Source of the DNA: Vicugna vicugna
Taxonomy: Eukaryota
Assembly: GCA_013265495.1 (NCBI GenBank)
Contig: MU057416.1
Location: forward strand, 1,110,545-1,174,544
Length of the DNA: 64,000 nucleotides
Reading direction: 5' to 3'
Part shown: positions 12,387 to 23,723 of the stretch, piece by piece
How positions within the stretch are numbered: the first letter of the stretch is position 1
Layout of the letters: each line of letters begins with the position of its first letter
Position numbers and translations under genes: made by a program
Notes under the pieces: generated by a model
Told to the model about the DNA's origin: nothing
The model's database searches: none
Seen by the model: the letters and a program-made list of their open reading frames with translations, nothing else

Positions 12387-12451
12387 GATCTGGAGAATGA
12401 TAATGATCAACCTCTTACTTACCCCCTCAATTCCTGTTTCTGCCCCGACAG

Positions 12452-13098
12452 CGGTCAGGGCCGACCGAATGCGCGGCGGCAGGAATAAGTTTGGGCCCAT
12501 GTACAAGAGGGACAGAGCCCTGAAGCAGCAGAAAAAGGCCCTCATCCGAGCCAACGGACTCAAGCTGGAAGCCATGTCCCAGGTGATCCAAGCTATGCCC
12601 TCGGAGCTGGGCATCTCGTCTGCGATCCAGAACATCCACTCGGCCTCCAAAGGCCTGCCTCTGAGCCACGCTGCCTTGCCTCCCACAGACTTCGACAGGA
12701 GCCCCTTCGTCACGTCGCCCATCAGCATGACCATGCCGCCGCACGGCAGCCTGCAGGGCTACCCGCCGTACGGCCACTTCCCCAGCCGGGCCATCAAGTC
12801 CGAGTACCCCGACCCCTACGGCAGCTCGCCCGAGTCCGTGCTGGGCTACTCCTACGTGGACGGCTACCAGACCAGCTCCCCGGCCAGCGTCCCGCACCTC
12901 ATCCTGGAGCTGCTCAAGTGCGAGCCCGAGGAGCCCCAGGTCCAGGCCAAGATCGCAGCCTACCTGCAGCAGGAGCAGGCGGGCCGCGGCAGGCACGAGC
13001 GGCTCAGCACGTTCGGCCTCATGTGCAAGATGGCCGACCAGACGCTCTTCACCATCGTGGAGTGGGCCCGCAGCAGCGTCTTCTTCCGGGAGCTCAAG
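12452..13098 (+). CDS. NR5A2: NR5A2 exon 5: Ftz-F1 box, hinge (IKSE SUMO motif) and first LBD helices
   Basis: [29 protein letters not shown]...[24 protein letters not shown]. Acceptor ccccgacag|CG and donor AAG|gtacgt; 647 nt. Confidence 0.97.
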
Positions 13099-14499
13099 GT
13101 ACGTGCGCCGCGGGCGCCTGCGCCTGCGCCGTGGGCCCCGCGCCTGCGTCGAGGGCGCCGCGCCTGCGCCGCGGGGTTCGGCCGTGGACCTGAAAACCCA
13201 CTTTCCTTCCTTTCCTTCGTGTGATGTCTTGCGCCCTTGACCTCAGGACCGCGGCAGCCTCACTTTCTGGGGCTTTTATCTACAGAGTTCTCCATGTGGG
13301 GGTGTGGCGTTAAGTGTAAAATGGAGGAAACTGAGTAGGTTGTTTTTTTCTGAATAGCCGAATGTCTTTACTGACTCCCCTCACCTTGGTGGCTTATCGA
13401 AAAAATTTAAGCCAGAGTGAAACAGCACCTAGTAAACTTTAAAAAAAATACCAAATTAAGAGCTAGATTAGAGTGGTGCCAGTTTAGGAGAAAAGAATGC
13501 CAACCTTTCCTTGTGTTTAGACGCTAAAGAATGCAAATGATACCAGTGGTTAGTAGCATGCAGTCGGTATTTACTACCTGTTTATCTTGACGTTAGTTAG
13601 TTAGTTCTGGAAAGTCTTTGTTTTGGGAGCAGATTCCAATAGGATGTTTACCGTCATCGGATGGGGTGGGGGGCCGCCGGTGAGAGCTGGTCTGCCTGGC
13701 TGCGTTTTAGTGCTCATAATCTATGCCTGTCGCTGATTTTAATGGATTGGTACATTGTAAACACAGTACTTGTTTGTACAAGGATCTGTGTTTAACTCCG
13801 TAATTATTTTATTTCCTGAAACTTAAGACTGAATTAATATGGGGAAGTTATAGAGAAGTTCGGGATCTGAGAATCACCAGCAGGCCGCACTCGGTGGTCA
13901 GTGGTTTCGTTCTCGATTTTAAAAAACAAAAATGAATCCTGGATTTGATGTCGAAGTCTTACCTGTTCCCAAATCAGCTTCTTCCTTTTACTGTTGGGGG
14001 AGATGTAAGAACCCCAGAGGACAGTGCACAGCAGACTTCTGATGTGAAGGTTTCTGTTTAAAGCAGTGTGTGTGGACTGGCTGGGGACTGGAAGCCAGGT
14101 GCAAACGGAACCAGTGCTTTCCATGGCCGACTTCACTCTGCACGGAAGCAAAAGTTACCTGAATGGATCCTGATCAGTCACTAGGCCCCCACCAGCCCGC
14201 TGTGAGGCCTGCAGGCGGTGCAGCCCTGCTCTCTGGGCCTTTGTCCTGCGTGGAAGGACGGCCCACCGTGGAGATGATGGGAGGCCAGCAGAGTCTACTG
14301 CCTTAGCCGTCAGGCCAGGCCTGAGTGTGGGCGGCCTCCGGGACAGTCGGGTGCCGGTCACTGAAAACAAAGCCGACAAAGCTGTGCTGCTGCTGTTAGG
14401 CTCACAGCTTTGTCCTGGAGAGAACAGGTGCGGGATTTGAAGATGAAGGTGATCATTTTAGACCCAACCGACAGGGGACCTAAGGGTGGGAAAGCACGA

Positions 14500-14745
14500 C
14501 CTCAGAGTCAGAGGGGCTGATTCGGATCCGATCTTTGCTGTTTAATAACTGCGCAGGCGGGCAGTCTCTGAGCCTCAGTTTTCTCAGCTTCGTGGGGTGT
14601 TTGTGGGGAGCTGGGGGCATATGGGGGATAAATACTTCTATTGAGGACATTTTTTGAGGAATAAAGGAAACTATGGGGGCAAAGCATCTCATCCGGGAGC
14701 CTGGCATGTGTAATATGCTGGGCAGGTCAGTGCTATTTTAACATT
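14500..14745 (+). mobile_element. MIR SINE relic
   Basis: Core ctctgagcctcagttttctca and 3' part gagcctggcatgtgtaa. Confidence 0.55.
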
Positions 14746-14825
14746 GTTGTTAATGTTTCAGGATAAGTGTGTGGAAGCTTTCTGCAATACTCTTACATTC
14801 AGGAAAAAAACAGGCACCTGTACTC

Positions 14826-15389
14826 TTTTTTTTTTTAATTGAGGTATAGTCAGTTGTGTCAATTTCTGGTGTGCAGCACAATTCTTCAGTCATACATGAA
14901 TATAGATATATTCGTTTTCAAATTCTTTTTCACTCTGAGCTATTACAAGATATTAAATATAGTTCCCTGTGCTCTACAGTATAAACTTGTTTTTCTATTC
15001 TATGTATACCAGTCAGTATCTGCAAATCTTGAACTCCCAGTTTAGACCTTCCATCCCTCCGGCAGCCACAAGTCTGTATTCTATGTCTGTGAGTCTGTTT
15101 CTGTTTTATATATAAGTTCATTTGTCTTTTGTTTTTAGATTCCACATATGAGTGATATCATATGGTGTTTTTCTTTCTCCTTCTGGCTTACTTCACTTGG
15201 AATGACATTCTCCAGAGCCATCTGTGTTGCTGCAAATGGCATTATTTTATCATTTTTTATAGCTGAGTAGTATTCCATTGTATAAATACACCATGACCTC
15301 TCTATCCAGTCGTCTGTCAGTGGACGCTTAGGCTGTTTCCATGTCTTGGCTGTTATAAATAGTGCTGCTGTGAACACTGGGGCTGGCAC
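14826..15389 (-). mobile_element. 5'-truncated L1 (ORF2 C-terminus, 3'UTR, polyA)
   Basis: Minus-strand ORF 15135-15389 AALFITAKTWKQPK..W..IYTMEYYSAIK is the L1 ORF2 tail; poly-T at 14826. Confidence 0.92.
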
Positions 15390-15634
15390 CTCTTAATAGT
15401 TCGCCATGTGTTACAACCTCACCACGTGTGTTATACAGAGTAGTAAAATTGTCTAATAGTCGTTAACTGCTGCCAGTTGAGGACTTAAAATTTGCCAGGC
15501 AGTCAGTTGGCTGTAAGATAGATACAAAGTTGAGTAAGGCAAAATATTTTCTCTCAGAGATTTTATGATAAAACAACGTCAGTAATGTCTATTGGAAAAA
15601 AAAAAAAGACCGCTGAAGTTGTTCCACAAATCAC

Positions 15635-15770
15635 GGGGTGGGGGAGGGTGTAGCTCAGGCATAGAGCAGGGCTTAGCATTCACAGGGTCTTGGGTTCAAT
15701 CCCCAGTACCTCCATTAAAAAAAAAAAAAGAAAAGATAAATCTAATCACAACCCTCTCCCTCCAAAAAAG
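15635..15770 (+). mobile_element. Vic-1-like tRNA SINE
   Basis: ggggagggtgtagctcagg...gggttcaatccccagtacctcca plus A tail; approximate TSD acaaat(g)cac. Confidence 0.85.
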
Positions 15771-16542
15771 ACAAATGCACAGGAAATGTAAAAACAGAAA
15801 AGGTTATGAAATCAGTACAGAGCCACAGGTAAGACTCTGAGGGTGCTAGGAAAGCATTCTCTCCAAGTGTCTCTTTTCCTTTCCCTGTAGTTAAATTGTA
15901 TGAGATTCTTTTATAGGGCATGTGATTTCATATTTGGCTAAAATATAACTGCCTTTGGGAACGGGACCTATCAGCGCATTGTCAGCGTTTATGCGGTTGG
16001 TTAATGCATTTGTTGGTCTTCCATGAGCATCTGCTTTGGAGAAGGAACGAGGATACCCTGGGGCCCCCGATGAGGGGCGGGAGGTGCCCCAGGGGAAAGA
16101 AGGACAGACTGGACCACTTCACAGTTTGGGCTTCGGCGGAGAGAGTGATTCCGTGTAAGTATTTTTCAGAGAAGGAAAAGTGGAATTCAGAATAACCTAG
16201 GGATCGTTTAAATGTAGAGTTGTGAGGTGACCATTTGCTTTGGAAGAATTCCTTTTCCTTTGTTGATAAGTTTACCCTGCGAAAACCAGGCCGAGGCATT
16301 TGAAGGCAGCACCGAGACTTGTGTGTTGGCGTGTGTTTCTCCAGGGCACAGGCTTTCAAACTTTTCCACCAAGACCTGCAGTAAGAAATAAATTCTACCC
16401 GAACACCACACACACGCACGCACACACACCCCCTGAACCACAGCTCCGCCAGACGGTACCTGACCTTGTTCACGCCGTGCACTCCGATAGTTCCTATTCT
16501 ATTCTGCTTTAGTTTAATTTATTTCATGTTTTTTAAAAATTT

Positions 16543-16612
16543 CCAGTCATGACCCACTAAATTGATTTCACGACCCACTAATGAGGTCTGTGACCAGCAG
16601 TCCAAGACTCAT
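16543..16612. mobile_element. Probable old hAT-type DNA transposon end fragment
   Basis: gacccactaaattgatttcacgacccactaatg resembles MER-class hAT termini; family not determined. Confidence 0.35.
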
Positions 16613-18656
16613 TGCTCTGGGGAGGGTTCTGCGGGCCGTCCACTGGGCGCTGTCTACCTGCCGCCGCTGGGAACATCTGGCAAAGGCCTCTCCCTCCTGG
16701 CCTGGCCTCCGAGTCACCCCCAAAGCCTGTAGCCCAGGCCTCACACCCTCTTGAAAAAGTTGTGGTTTTAAAATATCATTTGTGGAGACGAATGTGCCCT
16801 TTTAAACGTGTGTCTTTGTCTTGTTAACCTCACCACCAATGAGCCACGAAGAGAGAGACTTGGAGGGCAGGTTGCCTGCACCTCTTCAACCCCAAGATGA
16901 AAAGTCCCGTATCTGCTCCCGGAGGGTAACAGGATAAGGCAGTTTTGCAAGTGACCCCTCGCTCCCTCTCCCAGGACAAGCTACACTCTCCCTGCGGATA
17001 AAAGAAGGAACACAGATTGCACATGTTTACTATTTAAGGGCTCAGAAGGGCCAGAGGAAATTTGGTGGGTTGTTTTGTTTTTCTACATATTTACAAGGTG
17101 CAAAAAAGAGTTTGCTTCCCACTCAAATACTGGAATGGGCAGGAGGAAATTACTGCCCCCAGATTCACATCTTGAAAAACAGCACATAAACAGCAAAAAA
17201 TAAAAAAATAAAAACAACAGCAAATATACTCCTAGAAACCGTGCTGTTTCAGACTGGGCGATGACCGGGGAAAAGGAGAGGGGACGGGTATAAGCCAGTG
17301 GTTTTGTTCTCCTGTGTGCCTTAAGGGACCACTCTGACCTCCATCCAAAATAGTGACCTGGGGAAGATGAAATTAATCCTGTGAAGCTGGTAGCTTTCCA
17401 AACAGCACGTTTGCATCAAATGATAATCCTTGCCTAGAAACCACAGATTTTTCAGATCTAGAAGAGACCGGAAACTGAGGCGGGGCCTGAGGCTCGTGGG
17501 AGATTTTACAGCCACTGAGTGGCAGAGGGGATGGGTTGATTCAGGTTCAAAGCAGCGGTACCCCCCCCCGCCCACCAAGGCACACACACAAATAAGCCAA
17601 GTAACCTTTGCCCCCAAAGACACAGGTCTCTGCCAGTGAGGGGAAGCACACCTTCCAGTTAGCAGGAGTCCATCATTGCCCCGTTACTAGATCACAAGTC
17701 GTCAGGGAGGCAGATTTTCTCCGAGCCCAGACCAGCCCCCGGGAGTGAGGGAGTCACTTGAGGAAGCTACAGTAATTCTCGCAGGCCCCTGGGGCGTCGC
17801 CAAGGGCCCAGCCGCTCCCTGCCAGCACTTCGGAGCCTGGAGAGGGTCCAGAGCTCTCCGGTGCCGCTCCCTCTGGGCACAGTCCTCTCGGGGAGGATCT
17901 GGGTCGGTCTCCACGCGGGTTCTGCTGAGCAGTTAAAAGCACTGAACAAAGTTCCGTCCTGGGTCCTGGGTCCTGGGTCCCGGGCATGTCAGCATGGGTT
18001 ACTTTTTTATATACGTTTGTGAAAATAGGCAGAATTTACGATTGTAACGGGGCAACAGATGGGCCACTCATTTTCCAGACCTGACCGTGTTTTCTGAGGT
18101 GGGTCGGACATCCGCTCTGCCTTCAAATCTTTAAGCCCAGCCTGGCCCGCGGCGGCCTCTGCACTCTGGACTCTCCCTTGTGTCTGGGGAAATGAGAGCG
18201 AGTCCCAGGCCGCAGAGAGCACCCTGCCTTTCCACTGTTTCTCTCTCGTCCGGGTGCTGAGGATCTCGCAGACTCGAGCGCAGTGAGAACATCGTCCCCG
18301 CTTTGTTCAGGGGCTGATGAACCTGGAGGGGCCATCTGACCCCCTGATGAGACCAGGTGTCTTAAGAGGATTCTGGGAATGGACGTGGGAGAGCTTCCCC
18401 GCGATGCAGGATTCTGACACACGCAGGAGGAAGGGGGAACATCTCTAAATTAATCCTGACTGAAGCACATAACCAGTATTTCTGTGGAAAACGGGGCTCA
18501 GAGGCTCGGGGAGCTGGTGCCAAAGGAATTCAGTTGTACTGAAGCCAGTTTTCTCCCAAGTGAGGGGGCTGGAGGTGGGAGGACCGCGCGCTTTTCTCAG
18601 CTCTGCTACGGAAGCTTTTTGAGCAGAGGTTTTATGTCTTTTCCTCCTTTCTCCTA

Positions 18657-18938
18657 ATTTTTTTTAATTGAAGTATAGTCAGTGTACAGTGCTGTGTCCG
18701 TTTCTGGTGTACAGCACAGTGCTTCAGTCATACATGAACGTACTTACGTTCATTTTCATGTTCTTTTTCACCATAAGTCACTACAAGATACTGAACATTG
18801 GTTCCCTGTGCTCTGCAGTATGAGCTTGTTTATCTGTTTTGTACATAGTCGTTAGTATCCGCAAATCTCGAGCTCCCGGTTTACCCCTTCCCAGCCCCTT
18901 TCCCCCCTGGTAACCGTAAGTTTGTTTTCTGTATCTGT
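18657..18938 (-). mobile_element. L1 3'UTR fragment
   Basis: ttttaattgaagtatagtcag..ttccctgtgct..ctggtaaccgtaagtttg, homologous to the other L1 ends in the window. Confidence 0.88.
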
Positions 18939-18959
18939 TATGTATGTATGTACGTATGT

Positions 18960-19139
18960 ATGTATTTATTTATTTAAAAAAAAACATTTATTTTGGGTAC
19001 AATTATTGGGAGGGAGGTAGTTAGGTTTCTTTGTTTTTATTTATTTATTTATTTATGGTGGTGGAGGGACTGGGGACTGAACCCAGGACCTTGGGCGTGC
19101 TGAGCGCAGCGCTCTGTCGCTGGGCCGCTCCCCGTCCCC
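18960..19139 (-). mobile_element. Vic-1-like tRNA SINE (GC-shifted head)
   Basis: Reverse complement of the SINE head ctggggactgaacccaggacc with (TTTA)n tail. Confidence 0.8.
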
Positions 19140-19892
19140 GGGGCTCTGTGCGTTGGGCTGTGTGGCTCAGGGCTATTCGGGCGTCACACATCTGCTGTGA
19201 TGCCTTCCAGGCAGACCTGAAGCAGAAGCCAGGTCTGGCTGACGGTGTTGAGAACGAGTTGCAGTCTCTCCTTCCCCGCTCGTAGGGGTGTGGGTGTTGC
19301 CACCCTCTTGTCTGTGATTGAGTAAGGAATCCCTTTTTCCGCCTTCTAAAGCCTTCTTGGTCACTGTCCTCTGGGTGGATCGGCTCTTCTCCACCAGTAC
19401 CTGTCTGTGCTCTGGCTTGCTCTTGGGTGGGCGGCTGAAGACGGGCCCCTGGCTTGTCCCCCTCCTGTGTTCCTTGATGGAGTGTTAACGTTTGCTTTAT
19501 TCAGTGTGTGTGCATCTGCAAATGGCAGACTCAGTCTAGACGCTCACTTCCCCAAGCTTGGGTCATGGCAGCCAGATGCTGGCAGTTTCCATGCAAACAG
19601 AGCCCCCCCCCCCCGCCCCGGGGCGCCAGGATGTTGGGTCAGAGCGATGATCACAGCTTCGCAGGAGGCCTGCTGCTTCACACACCCGGTATGCTTCCTG
19701 CTCCTAGTCATGTCTTTGCTATCCGGTGGACTCTGGGGCACTCGGGGGTAGCCGGCCACACCCAAGAAGCCCAGGTTAAAGGGCTGGGCCACTGTCAGGC
19801 GTCTGAAACGACCAGGAGGGGAGGAGGGAAGTGGGCATGTTCCTCGTTCTGCTCAGGGTCAGAGAGGGGAGGTCGCCCTTCTGGATGCTCAC

Positions 19893-20055
19893 TCTTTTCT
19901 AATTGACTGTTGTGTTAGTTTTCGGTGTGCAGCATCGTGATTCGGCCGCACACACATTTGTTTTTCCTTTTTACATTCTTTCTCATTATAGGTTATTGAC
20001 TGTGGGTGCTCACTCTTCCTGCTATAGGACGGGGTGCCTCAGTGCCTTTCCTGTC
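19893..20055 (-). mobile_element. Degenerate L1 3'UTR fragment
   Basis: tgttgtgttagttttcggtgtgcagcatcgtgattc..cattataggttatt. Confidence 0.65.
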
Positions 20056-20494
20056 TGCTCCCTCAGGGCCGCCCTGGGAAGTGAGGCCAGGCCAAGGCCT
20101 CCTTTTTCCCAGAGGGAGAGAGTGAAAGACCTGGACTCTGCCGTCGTAGAACCTGGTCTTTCCAGACCACGCCATTCCTCCACCCCTTCCCGTGGTCCCT
20201 TGGGGGTGCGGAGTTCACTGACGAATAAAAGTTTGCCAGCTAGGTTTTTAAACAACCATTTGTTTTAGTCAAATAATTCGTTAGTCCCAGCAGAATTAAC
20301 CCAGGCACCTAAATCAGTTTGGGGTGAGTAGGGATCAGGAACGAGAAAGATGTGGGGGAGAAAAAAGAAGCCAGCAGGTAACCTACCCCCCAGGCGTGGA
20401 GTTACCTCAGTAGGTGAGGGTTTAGGGAAGACTCAAGGTCAACAGAAAACACTTCCATATTTCCTTGACTACAGAGTTCGGATAATAAATGGTA

Positions 20495-20690
20495 ATAAAG
20501 CTGCCATTTATTGAGTTTTTACTGAGTCAGACCATTGTGAAGTGCTTCACCTGTGTTGCTGCGTGTATCTCATTTAACACTGATTAGTCCCCTTGCAGTG
20601 GGCGTGTTTGTTTCAATGTGCCGATAAGGGCGCTGACACCCAGAGACTGACCTCCCCAAGTCACGTGGCTCGTAGGAGGTGACGGCGTCC
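20495..20690 (-). mobile_element. MIR relic
   Basis: gctgccatttattgag..tactg..ccattgtgaagtgcttcac..tctcatttaac..ccccaagtcac. Confidence 0.55.
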
Positions 20691-21760
20691 TTACAGCAGA
20701 AGAACCGATCTGGCAGCCTTCAGTAAACCGTAGAGGACTTTAGAATGGCCTTTTCCCTCTGCTCGGACCAGTACCGCTTTACAGGAGGTCTTAAAGGACC
20801 TCGCTTACTCTGAAACTGCAGGGAGCACTTTCTTAGATTGGCCCAAGAATATGCAAATTCTTTCTTTCTGTTTTAATTGGAGGAAGACCTTGCAGGAGCT
20901 GGAATGCGCCCTGTTCTGTAAATTTGCAGCTGAAGAAGATCCAGGAGCTGGCCATTGGTTGCAGCCTCTGGAGCTTGTAAACCTTAAGTGGCAAAACCAG
21001 CTGCAGCCAGAGGGCCACCGAAGGAGGCTGTGGGGTGCAGTGTGGCCCTCGGGACACTAGGGCAGGCCCCCTCCCCGCTCCCGGGCCAGCATCAGTTCCT
21101 ACGCAATAGTCTGTCTGCCTGCCTAGAAGCAGTTACATGCCTGTTTGCTGAGAATACTCAGGGTCCCGCTCACTCCAGTGCCTGCGTCTACCCAGTGGGG
21201 CACGGAAATTGCCCACCGATCTCACAGAAAGTCTGTGCTGTCAGGGCCCCAGGGCCCCAGGGTCTGGGAGACCCTGTCTGCACACCATGTCCTCTGTCAT
21301 ACAAAGTCAAGTAATGGGTGACAAAACTGAAAACATGACTCCTGTGTGGCACTCCTTAACGCTCTTTTGAAGGACTTTGCCCTCTGAACCTGCGAGGCAA
21401 AATAGGTCTCTCTGTTCTCCAGGATAAGTGAAGGATGGCTTTGCTCTGACTTATTCTTCCACAGCTTGGAAAGTAGATCATACAAATCTTTGAGGGCTCA
21501 ACATCCATTTGCAGAATGGCTGCATAGAAATTGGGCATTTACGCTATTCTTCACGTTAAAGACATTAATCTCTAACCCAAGAATACCACCCACACTCCAG
21601 AGCAGTGAGAAACACCGCATCACCTCTTCCAGCAGCCGGCTCCTTCTTAACCGTCTGGTGCTTAACACCCACCTCCCGCTGCATTTCTGCCTTCCCGTCC
21701 ACCAGGCGAAGCGCAGGCCGCCGTGCGTGGGGCCCCAGCCGGCTTCTCTGGGGACTCTCT

Positions 21761-22041
21761 GACCTCCTGCATCGTTTTCTTTATCTTCTCCACTCCCCTC
21801 CGCCTCCATCTCTCCTATCTGCCCAGTCTCCCCTTCTCTTCTCACTCATGTGGCTTCTCTTGTGACACCTCAGGCTCTCCAGAGGCACCTGCAGGCATCA
21901 CTGCGCACAGCGGTGTGGCCCCAGGGACCGCACGGTGGCTCACCCCGTCCTCCGCGGCATCTGCCCTCTCCCTGCAGGTGGAATGTGGAGGGCCAGGGAG
22001 GGTACCCGAACCCTGTAAGGGGGAGGATGGATGGAGAAGGC
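21761..22041 (+). repeat. Local duplication, copy 1 (281 bp)
   Basis: Aligns end to end with 23433-23723. Confidence 0.95.
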
Positions 22042-22359
22042 CTAGGAAACAACGGGCAGATGAACTGTAGGAGTGAGTGAGCTGCATTCAAGGACAGGAG
22101 GTAGGACTTCCGTGTGGTCCTGCCCCTGGGTGAGGGGACCCCCCCCACAGTGGGGTTCTCTGATGGGGAAGAGGTCAGCTTCAGAGGGCACGGGAGACAA
22201 GGCTGTAGCTGAGCAGGGAAAACGATTAGCTCCTGTGGCTCCAACCCAAAGACGGCTTCGCAACTTACCTTGTTTCCAAACAGCCGTGGGCCGCAAGGCC
22301 TCACCGCCTGAGTTGTTCAGCCCTAAATCCTGACAAAGGGTTACCAACATTTCCCTCCA

Positions 22360-22463
22360 TTTTTTTTTTAAAGATTTATTTATTTAATGGAGGTGCTGGG
22401 GATGGAACCCAGGACCTCGCGCTTGCTAAGCACGCACTCTGCCACTGAGCCACACCCTCCCCC
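22360..22463 (-). mobile_element. Vic-1-like tRNA SINE
   Basis: ggaggtgctggggatggaacccaggacctc..actgagccacaccctcccc; TSD-like flanks caacatttccctccattt / caacgttgccctcattt. Confidence 0.88.
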
Positions 22464-22953
22464 AACGTTGCCCTCATTTTTAACTTCCTCCCTGGAAATC
22501 GTTTTCAAATGCCGCATTTCAGACCTATCAGGGCCAGTTCTCTAAATTCTTCACGTAGTGGCGTGCCCCACGGGGATCGCGTGACACCTGGGGAGAGATT
22601 TTGGAAACCTGGGCACACAGGGATCTTGGGCCTGCCGCCGTCCATGCCTCAGGAAACCAGAAGAAAACACATTATCTGGAATATTTAGAAATGTCGCTAG
22701 GATTGAGCAACATTCAGGATTAACTTTACAGCCAACTGGATCTGACTTCTAATTCTATCTGAATGCTTTTTCTTTACCTGGCCGGTGGGATCATTGGCCA
22801 ATAGGTCTAAAGTCTGCCCTTCATTGCACAATAAAAGCATTGCAAAGGCGGAGCAGACCCTCAGACCCTGGCCTCTGTCTTTCACTGGGGAGCGGGGAGG
22901 TCACTGGCCTTTCCTGAGTGGCTCATGCTGTTGGTTTTTAACGTCTACAGCAG

Positions 22954-23118
22954 GAGGGGGAGGGTAGAGCTCAGTGGTAGAGCGGGTGCTTAGCATGCTC
23001 ACAAGGTCCGGGGTTCAATCCCCAGTGCCTCCACAAAAAAAAAATAAACAAACAAATAAACCTAATTACCTACCCCCTGAAAAAAGAATGAAAACAATAA
23101 ATTAATTTAAAAAATAAA
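22954..23118 (+). mobile_element. Vic-1-like tRNA SINE
   Basis: A and B boxes, acctaattacc tail, TSD gtctacagcag on both sides. Confidence 0.9.
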
Positions 23119-23432
23119 GTCTACAGCAGAACCACCTCTTGTGAGTTGACCATCACATTTCTAAATACCCTGTTTACAGAGTACTTTACCTTGGAGGGCA
23201 GTATAATTATTTCATTGGAATTAAAAACATATTTTATGGGCATGAAAGGTTCTAGTTCCCTGTGGAAGAAACGCGCTCAAGACGTGGAGGAGGGGTCTTC
23301 TTGGGGTAAAGGCAGCACAGATACGTCTTTACTTTGAAGCAACAGGAAATTGCTAATTGGTCGTCTGAAAACTCTCACAGTGATGTTTCCAGCGACTTCT
23401 CGAGCAGTGTTCCCGATGTGATACAGGGGCCG

Positions 23433-23723
23433 GACCTCCTGCATCGTTTTCTTTATCTTCTCGACTTCCCTCCACTTCCATCTCTCCTTTCCTCTCTGCC
23501 TAGTCTCCCCTTCTCTTTCCTCACTCACGTGGCTTCTCTTCCTTGTGACACCTCAGGCTCTTCAGAGGCAGCTGCAGGCATCGCTGTGCACAGCAGTGTG
23601 GCCCCTGGGACCACGTGGTGGCTCACCCCATCCTCCGGGCATCTGCCCTCTCCCTGCAGGTGGAATGTGGAGGGCCAGGGAGGGTACCCGAACCCTGTAA
23701 GGGGGAGGATGGATGGAGAAGGC
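23433..23723 (+). repeat. Local duplication, copy 2 (291 bp)
   Basis: Aligns end to end with 21761-22041. Confidence 0.95.

Noticed and set aside
12427..12996. 189-aa antisense ORF
   Set aside because: A shadow of the extreme GC3 on the coding strand.
12397..13224. 275-aa single-exon ORF with extra N- and C-terminal residues
   Set aside because: It is exon 5 reading through into both introns; canonical splice sites bound the homologous part.
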